This document shows, piece after piece, positions 1-25,729 of a stretch of 25,729 bases of DNA. A program made the translations under genes and the position numbers. The notes below the pieces were generated by a model, which saw nothing but the letters and a program-made list of their open reading frames with translations, was not told the origin of the DNA and did not search any database. Numbering within the stretch: position 1 is the first letter of the stretch; each line of letters starts with the position of its first letter. Source of the stretch: Macrostomum lignano (taxonomy: Eukaryota); the NCBI GenBank assembly GCA_002269645.1, contig NIVC01005116.1, positions 1-25,729 of the forward strand, in the 5' to 3' direction.

Positions 1-30
1 GCTGTGGACCAAAAATCTGACACTAGCCTG

Positions 31-209
31 GCTGTATAGCCAAGGAGTCCTAATAGGGAGAATCTGGATTGTTTCACCATCATTTTCACTAAGCCCAGCT
101 GTATATAGCCAAGGAGTCCTAATAGGCAAATCTGGATTGTTTCCACCATCATTTTCACTAAGCCCAGCTGTATATAGCCAAGGAGTTCCAAGAGGCAGAA
201 TCTGGATTT
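31..209. repeat. 69-bp minisatellite, about 2.6 copies
   Basis: CAAGGAGT recurs at 41, 110 and 179, with near-identical sequence between the copies. Confidence 0.9.
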
Positions 210-399
210 CGGAAACCTTAGTAGAATTTCAGTGGGGTATGGAAGTTTGGCAGTTTTCACTGCATCCGGAATGCTATGTTTAGAGCTCCATGACTTGCTC
301 AAGCCCAACGATGCCTGTGTGTGTCGGTTTCCGTTTTGGCTAAATGTAGTTAGTGAGGCTGAGTGGTTGGCCAATCTCTCACGGGCCCAGCTTCATATA

Positions 400-428
400 A
401 TCATCATCATCATCATCATCATCATCAT
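400..428. repeat. (ATC)n microsatellite
   Basis: About 9-10 perfect ATC units, seen directly. Confidence 0.95.
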
Positions 429-1569
429 TAGCTCTCGCATCATCCGCTGCAAACTAAACTGGAAGAAGAATAGAATTGTTGGTTGGCCAGAGAGGAACTG
501 AGCACATAGTAGATTAGAGTGAGTATCTTACCTCTGGATCAAAGCATTAATCAATCATTGGTTGCAGGGGAAATTCAAGCGATTCTCCAGCTTCCTATAG
601 CAGTCCTCAGTCGATTTAAGTTGTAAAAAAGTGTGGAATAATGCAAGCAACTTTCTTTAGCAATTGGCAGGGAAAGAAAAAACGCGAAAGCTTCACCACC
701 CCTCCCCCCTATTTTTCTGTCTCCCCAGCATCACCGTCCGCCGCCTTTGCTTCATCGGTCTCTTTCTCCCCTAGAAGAAGAGGCGCAGCAATCCATCTAT
801 CTGCCCGCAAATGCATAGCAGATGCAGAAAAAGCACAAGACTTTTGGCGGGCCAACAATGGCCCGCGACGGGATTGGGAAGAATTGTATACAGTCAGCCT
901 GGGGAAGATTCTGGGAACCCAGTTTTCCGGGGGGCTTCCGACTGAACGCTCTGCCTGCCCTAACTGCGGCTAACTAGCAGCCTGCGCCCGTGAGCTGGCC
1001 TGACTCAGAGCACTTGGCTTCCAAGCCAACTGTCTACAAGGTGCAAACGATGCTCCCCCCCAACCTGCGAGGGCCTCCGCCTGACAAAGCAATTCCCGCT
1101 GAGAACTGTCTCCATGGACTCTTGAACACTGGACTAGAAAGCCCTACTCTTCCCCAAGAGACTACTTTCAACGAGAGAAACGGAAGCTGGATTCATTGCT
1201 CATAGCTGTGATGCAGACAATGTGGCTCATTGTATTAAAATTCAAAATATCTAGCAGAAACACAGATCATGCAGCTCGCTTCAGTCCCTAAGATGAAGGG
1301 TTTGATGGGGAGGGGTGGAAAATAGCAAGCCTCCTCACACTTCCGCAGCTCTCTGACCCGATTCCATGCCCGCGGATGCGAGTGAGGCGGAATTGTCCAC
1401 ACGTGTGTCTCCCCTTACACCCGCCACCTCATCCAAGCTGTCAGTCCTTGTCTGATTCTATTGTTCACACAAAGACTGAGAGCTGTGCACTACTTAGTCT
1501 TTGTCATCTTTGTCCTGATGTTACATTGGGCCCCATTATCCTAAATATGGGCTTAACCCTGATATGGAT

Positions 1570-3776
1570 CTACCTGACTCTACCTGACTCTACCTGACTC
1601 TACCTGACTCTACCTGATTCTACCTGACTCTACCTGACTCTACCTGACTCTACCTGACTCTACCTGACTCTACCTGACTCTACCTGACTCTACCTGACTC
1701 TACCTGACTCTACCTGATTCTACCTGACTCTACCTGACTCTACCTGATTCTAACTGACTCTACCTGACTCTACCTGACTCTACCTGACTCTACCTGACTC
1801 TACTGACTCTACCTGATTCTACCTGACTCTACCTGACTCTACCTGATTCTACCTGACTTTACCTGACTCTACCTGATTCTACCTGACTCTACCTGATTCT
1901 ACCTGACTCTACCTGACTCTACCTGATTCTACCTGACTCTACCTGACTCTACCTGACTCTACCTGACTCTACCTGATTCTACCTGACTCTACCTGACTCT
2001 ACCTGATTCTACCTGACTCTACCTGACTCTACCTGATTCTACCTGACTCTACCTGACTCTACCTGATTCTACCTGACTCTACCTGATTCTACCTGACTCT
2101 ACCTGACTCTACCTGACTCTACCTGACTCTACCTGACTCTACCTGACTCTACCTGACTCTACCTGACTCTACCTGACTCTACCTGACTCTACCTGACTCT
2201 ACCTGACTCTACCTGACTCTACCTGACTCTACCTGACTCTACCTGACTCTACCTGATTCTACCTGACTCTACCTGACTCTACCTGACTCTACCTGACTCT
2301 ACCTGACTCTATCTGACTCTACCTGACTCTACCTGACTCTACCTGACTCTACCTGATTCTACCTGACTCTACCTGACTCTACCTGACTCTACCTGACTCT
2401 ACCTGACTCTACCTGACTCTACCTGACTCTACCTGACTCTACCTGACTCTACCTGACTCTACCTGACTCTACCTGATTCTACCTGACTCTACCTGACTCT
2501 ACCTGACTCTACCTGACTCTACCTGACTCTATCTGACTCTACCTGACTCTACCTGATTCTACCTGACTCTACCTGACTCTACCTGACTCTACCTGATTCT
2601 ACCTGACTCTACCTGACTCTACCTGACTCTACCTGACTCTACCTGATTCTACCTGACTCTACCTGACTCTACCTGACTCTACCTGACTCTACCTGACTCT
2701 ACCTGACTCTACCTGACTCTACCTGACTCTACCTGATTCTACCTGACTCTACCTGACTCTACCTGATTCTAACTGACTCTACCTGACTCTACCTGACTCT
2801 ACCTGACTCTACCTGACTCACTACCTGACTCTACCTGATTCTACCTGACTCTACCTGACTCTACCTGATTCTACCTGACTTTACCTGACTCTACCTGATT
2901 CTACCTGACTCTACCTGATTCTACCTGACTCTACCTGACTTCTACCTGACTTACCTGACTCTACCTGACTCTACCTGACTCTACCTGATTCTACCTGACT
3001 CTACCTGACTCTACCTGACTCTACCTGACTCTACCTGATTCTACCTGACTCTACCTGACTCTACCTGATTCTACCTGACTCTACCTGACTCTACCTGATT
3101 CTACCTGACTCTACCTGACTCTACCTGACTCTACCTGACTCTACCTGACTCTACCTGACTCTACCTGACTCTACCTGACTCTACCTGACTCTACCTGACT
3201 CTACCTGACTCTACCTGACTCTACCTGACTCTACCTGACTCTACCTGACTCTACCTGACTCTACCTGACTCTACCTGACTCTACCTGACTCTACCTGACT
3301 CTACCTGACTCTACCTGACTCTACCTGACTCTACCTGACTCTACCTGACTCTACCTGACTCTACCTGACTCTACCTGACTCTACCTGACTCTACCTGACT
3401 CTACCTGACTCTACCTGACTCTACCTGACTCTACCTGACTCTACCTGACTCTACCTGACTCTACCTGACTCTACCTGACTCTACCTGACTCTACCTGACT
3501 CTACCTGACTCTACCTGACTCTACCTGACTCTACCTGATTCTACCTGACTCTACCTGACTCTACCTGACTCTACCTGACTCTACCTGACTCTACCTGACT
3601 CTACCTGACTCTACCTGACTCTACCTGACTCTACCTGACTCTACCTGACTCTACCTGACTTCTACCTGACTCTACCTGACTCTACCTGACCTACCTGACT
3701 CTACCTGACTACCTGACTCTACCTGACTCTACCTGACTCTACCTGACTACCTGACTCTACCTGACTCTACCTGACT
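1570..3776. repeat. 10-bp satellite (CTACCTGACT)n, about 220 copies
   Basis: Seen directly. The common variant is CTACCTGATT, and there are a few indels. Confidence 0.98.
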
Positions 3777-3861
3777 ATTTTGTTTTATTTACTTCACATT
3801 TTCAACATAAAACAAAAAAGTTTTTAAAAGAAACTTTATAATAGCAACAAGCACTACTCAC

Positions 3862-21332
<17,471 letters not shown>

Positions 21333-21384
21333 CTGCAAGGATGAGTCCAGGGTGATGAAGGCTCATTCTCTCTTACATGATTCA

Positions 21385-22125
21385 CTCCCTAATTCTCCCC
21401 CGATTCTCTCCCCTGATTCTCCCCTGATTCTCCCCTGATTCTCCCCTTTTTTATTTTTTTATTAGAGGCAGGGGGGTTGTGTGCACCCTGGCGCACTTTA
21501 AGCGACATAGGCACACAACCGGCGAGAGGCATTACTGCCCATTCCGCCGACTCCCCTGAGCAGGCATACAAGCGCGCGGATACGTACGCAGGCACACACT
21601 CACACAGGAGTGTACAGCGGCCCTAACTTTATCAACTGTTGGGCATGTACACTTCACTGCGCCTTGGGGGGTTAGAGCCAAGCCGAAATTCCATTCAGCC
21701 TCAAATTAATGTGGCTGCACTTGGAATCGAGCCTGGGTCGCGGCACACCAGAGCAGCTGCGCTACCGCGCTTCTGATTCTCCCTGATTCTCCCCTGATTC
21801 TCCCCTGATTCTCCCCTGATTCTCCCTGATTCTCCCCTGATTCTCCCCTGGTTCTCCCTGGTTCTCCCCTGATTCTCCCTGATTCTCCCTGATTCCATTC
21901 CCCTGATTCTCTCTCCTGATTCTCCCTGATTCTCTCCCCTGATTCCGCTCTCCCCTGATTCTCTCCCCTGATTCTCCCCTGATTCTCCCCTGATTCTCCC
22001 CTGATTCTCCCTGATTCTCCCTGATTCTCCCCTGATTCTCCCCTGATTCTCCCCTGATTCTCCCTGATTCTCCCCTGATTCTCCCCTGATTCTCTCCCTG
22101 ATTCTCCCTGATTCTCCCCCTGACT
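21385..22125. repeat. (CCCCTGATTCT)n satellite with 11-13-bp units, split by the SINE-like insertion (arrays at 21385-21446 and 21772-22125)
   Basis: Seen directly. Confidence 0.95.
21447..21771 (-). mobile_element. Second, unclassified tRNA-derived SINE-like element (about 325 bp) with an A-rich tail
   Basis: The head GCGCGGTAGCGCAG...GACCCAGGCTCGATTCC has a truncated A box and a one-mismatch B box (21733-21723). The body is unique sequence with hairpins. The tail TCTAATAAAAAAATAAAAA ends at 21447. The same satellite flanks both sides. Confidence 0.6.
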
Positions 22126-22432
22126 CATCTCCCCATTGAACTTCTAGTAATCGTGTGATCCATTTTCTTTGAGTAACTAAGAATGGAGAGTACAGATCGA
22201 AGTGCTCTTTAAAAAAGTAAATCTGTTTCTAAGCTCTATGCCATGCCTGCTTCACTGACTCTCGAGTCTTCTGTGTTAGCGTGACTGCACTGGCGTTTGG
22301 GATTCACAAAGAATTTTGGGATCTGACATTGAGAGGGTGAGTAGCGTGAGCAGACTTGAGTAGCAAGGGATCAAGGTCGATTTGGTGGGTCGGGTGGAAT
22401 GTGGAATCTATTATTACTGAGCGGAAGTTATG

Positions 22433-23100
22433 GACAGAGTAGACAGGGTGAGACCGGAAATGTCAGGGAGAGTAGACAGGGTGAGACAGGAAATGTCAGG
22501 GAGAGTAGACAGGGTGAGACAGGAAATGTCAGGAGAGTAGACAGGGTGAGACAGGAAATGCCAGGGAGAGTAGACAGGTGAGACAGGAAATGTCAGGGAG
22601 AGTAGACAGGGTGGACCGGAAATGCCAGGGAGAGTAGACAGGGTGAGACCGGAAATGCCAGGAGAGTAGACAGGGTGAGACAGGAAATGCCAGGGAGAGT
22701 AGACAGGGTGGGACTGGAATAGAGAGTAGACAGGGTGACACCGGAATAGAGAGTAGACAGGGTGAGACCGAAATAGAGAGTAGACAGGGTGAGACTGGAA
22801 ATAGAGAGTAGACAGGGTGAGACCGGAAATGCCACGGAGAGTAGACAGGGTGAGACCGCGAAATAGAGAGTAGACAGGGTGACACCGGAAATAGAGAGTA
22901 GACAGGGTGAGACTGGAAATAGAGAGTAGACAGGGTGAGACCGGAAATGCCATGGAGAGTAGGCAGAGTGAGACCGGAAATAGAGAGTAGACAGGGTGAG
23001 ACTGGAAATAGAGAGTAGACAGGGTGAGACCGGAAATACCATGGAGAGTAGGCAGGGTGAGACCGGAAATACCATGGAGAGTAGGAAGGATGAGACCGGA
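22433..23100. repeat. 28-33-bp minisatellite (GAGAGTAGACAGGGTGAGAC-C/T/A-GGAAAT...)
   Basis: About 22 copies with a constant core and a variable tail (GTCAGG / GCCAGG / A / GCCATG). Confidence 0.96.
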
Positions 23101-24074
23101 ATTGCTCAGATTCAAGAATAAAGAGAGTGGTTCCGGATTCTTAGAAGATGCGAGGCCCAGGATTCGAGCCTGACAGTCACGCCTACGAGCTAGTAGTGTG
23201 ATTTTGGTCTTAGTAAGCTCTTGCTTACGGCTTAAGGAAAAGTAAACAGCATCGAGAAGCGGACAGACGGGGAACAGGCGAAGTCCCTGCCAGCCTGTGC
23301 CAATGATTTCACAGCCTCTCAGCTGTCAAATCAATCATCAAATAACTTTGATCAATTAAACTGCCAGCCGCATCATAAATCTCCACTCCTGAGCAGCGGT
23401 GTCGCAATGCGTCTCCCAGCCTCTCCCAAAGCAGAAAGCCATAAATTTGTCAAACGGTTCATTTATATCCTTTATCTTGATTGAGCTGATGCCTCAATCT
23501 GACAGAGAGGGAGCCGTCTTCTTCTTCTTCTGGATCTTCTGCTTCTTCTAGAGGCGAAGCCCCTAACAAAACGACGCTGACTCAACAAAAAGCCAACACA
23601 AGGCTGCGAAGGCTTCTTCCGCCGCCCGGGAATGGGAGCAGGCGGGGCAAGGGAGAAATGGGGGGGGGGGAGAGTAGATGGGCGAGGCTGCTGTCTGCGA
23701 TCCCAAACAGGAATATTCGATGTGGAAATTGGTCTTCTTCTTGCCTTGTTCCGGGGTTCCGGAGGGGTGGTTTGGCAGTTTTCTTCTGTGACAATGCAAA
23801 ACAGAAAAACCATAGCAACCAGGTCCAAGGGGTCCGTTGTCCATTGGGAAAAGTGTTTTTTATTCTTAGAAAGTCATTCTTTTGTTTCTTGTGTGCCGAA
23901 AGCTTCATATCTTTGTTTTTGCGCAAGATGTCCCGGCGCCTAATGATGTCTTTGTTCCCTGAGTATGCCACAGAACTTTATTCAACACAGACTGTAACAA
24001 CATCCATACACATGTAGCTAGCTTGACTTCTCCGAGTTTAGCATAAACATTTCATCATTTTTATCTCTTTTCAG

Positions 24075-24300
24075 GGGATTCTCTCTCCCCTGATTCTCTC
24101 CCCTGACTCTCTCCCCTGATTCTCTCCCCTGATTCTCTCTCCCCTGATTCTCTCCCCTGATTCTCTCTCCCCTGATTCTCTCCCCTGATTCTCTCCCCTG
24201 ATTCTCTCCCCTGACTCTCTCCCCCTGATTCTTTCCCCTGATTCTCTCCCCTGATTCTCTCCCTGATTCTCTCCCCTGACTCTCTCCCCTGATTCTCTGT
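24075..24300. repeat. (CTCCCCTGATTCT)n satellite with 13-15-bp units
   Basis: Seen directly; same core as 21385-22125. Confidence 0.95.
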
Positions 24301-24911
24301 CTAGATTCCCTTCTAATAATCTGTATCAGATTTTCACCCTTACATTTTCCTCATCTATTGTACTCTTTCTAAACAAAAAACCGCCATTGTCTTCCAGTAA
24401 AATTCCTCACAAATTCCACTTATTGAAAAGCCAGCAGCAATGGGGAAAAGAGTGAGTGGGAACACACAGGCAGAACAATTCCCGCAGCCATTTCCCGTCA
24501 TCAACAGCCATCGCCAGGCACCATCAGACTTCATTCAGCCCACCCGCATTCATCGCATTCGACAAGCGGCAGGCAGCTCACAATAAAAACGAAAAAAGAG
24601 CTGCCAAAAGCCTTCGTATTGACTCTGCTGGCTAAATTAACCATCCAGCTGCCTCGTGTGCTCAGTCTTACTCCAGCCATTACCGCATGTGTGCGCGTGT
24701 TTCAGCGGAAGTTTGAAGACCATGCATTCATTGTTCTGACGATTATTGAGCACAATAAAAATTCCATCTATCTTTTTTTAAATCCCTTGTCAACACGCAA
24801 TGCGGCGAAGTCTGCGTGTTAGCGGCTGGTCTGAGGATTCTGATTTTGGGCAGAGATGGAGAGAGAAGTTCGGAGCAGGTGATTGCTAAACTGACTATAG
24901 TATCCTTCTCT

Positions 24912-25495
24912 AGTAGGGAGAGAAGTAGAGCGGGACGTAGGGAGAGGATTCGGGAAGAAAGTAGGGAGAGGATTCGGGAAGAAAGTAGGGAGAGGATTCG
25001 AGAAGAAAGTAGGGAGAGGATTCGGGAAGAAAGTAGGGATAGGATTCGAGAAGAAAGTAGGGAGAGGATTCGGGAAGAAAGTAGGGAGAGGATTCGGGAA
25101 GAAAGTAGGGATAGGATTCGAGAAGAAAGTAGGGAGAGGATTCGGGAAGAAAGTAGGGAGAGGATTCGGGAAGAAAGTAGGGAGAGGATTCGAGAAGAAA
25201 GTAGGGAGAGGATTCGGGAAGAAAGTAGGGAGAGGATTCGGGAAGAAAGTAGGGAGAGGATTCGGGAAGAAAGTAGGGAGAGAAGTAAGGAGGGAAGTAG
25301 CGAGGGAAGTAGGGAGATAAGTAGGGAGAGAAGTAGGGAGAGAAGTAGGGAGAGAAGTAGGGAGATAAGTAGGGAGAGAAGCAGGGAGAGAAGTAGGAGA
25401 GAAGTAGGGAGAGAAGTAGGGAGAGAAGTAGGGAGAGAAGTAGGGAGAGAACTAGGAGAGAAGTAGGGAGAGAAGTAGGGAGAGAAGTAGGGAGA
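24912..25495. repeat. Polypurine satellite: 24-bp (AGTAGGGAGAGGATTCGGGAAGAA)n switching to 12-bp (AGTAGGGAGAGA)n
   Basis: Seen directly; the switch is at about 25270. Confidence 0.96.
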
Positions 25496-25729
25496 GAAGT
25501 AGAGAGAGAATTAAGAAGAGTGGAAGATAACCTTGCAAGAGAGAAGCCCTGAAATGGCTTGAAACTGCAGGGTCACAGATATTGAAAAACGAAGTTAAAG
25601 AAACTTTGAATCTTTGAGCCAATACTCTTTGTTTGAACCCAACTCAATGACAGTGACGTCATCCTATCACAAAAACTGAATCTCATTTCTATCAATTTTA
25701 TCCTTTGCAAAAGATTCCACTGACTGCTC

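Noticed and set aside
780-900. Possible transmembrane exon of the IgCAM (minus-strand hydrophobic patches such as AIVGPPKVLCFFCICYAF)
   Set aside because: Too short or interrupted by stops, with no convincing splice sites or basic stop-transfer segment. The TM exon probably lies beyond position 1.
21333-21366. In-frame ATG (MSLHHPGLILAV) as the start codon or signal peptide
   Set aside because: The hydrophobic core is weak and a plausible acceptor (catccttgcag) sits at 21333, so an upstream exon is more likely. Candidates near 23.8 and 24.5 kb were not convincing.
23125-23180. tRNA T-arm/B-box-like motif (GGCCCAGGATTCGAGCCTG)
   Set aside because: No A box, cloverleaf or SINE body can be supported; at most a decayed fragment.

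Overview
This is metazoan genomic DNA, not prokaryotic. GC- and CpG-rich exons sit among AT-rich introns packed with simple tandem repeats; this style resembles the flatworm Macrostomum lignano (inference from composition only). The main feature is one minus-strand gene with eight exons assembled by hand from GT-AG sites and matching phases: 21332-20981, 9690-9337, 7713-7582, 7474-6918, 6288-5877, 5427-5291, 5145-4638 and 4188-3862. It encodes about 925 aa of ectodomain with 7 Ig domains, one canonical FN3 domain and one degenerate FN3-like domain. This architecture and several motifs match the Echinoid/Friend-of-echinoid IgCAMs within the nephrin-like superfamily. I found no signal-peptide exon and no transmembrane or cytoplasmic exon in the window. 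Three exons carry small frameshifts (probably long-read consensus errors), and a fourth has an ambiguous one. Roughly 45% of the window is tandem repeat, and nearly every intron holds its own array. Two tRNA-derived SINEs are present: a CORE-SINE and an unclassified element inserted in a satellite. Most long ORFs in the supplied track are repeat artefacts. No clearly new system is demonstrated. The best leads are the private satellite in each intron, a docking/selector-like hairpin in a 145-nt intron, a stop-free in-frame 1.6-kb intron, arrays of hairpin-forming repeats, and the unclassified SINE.
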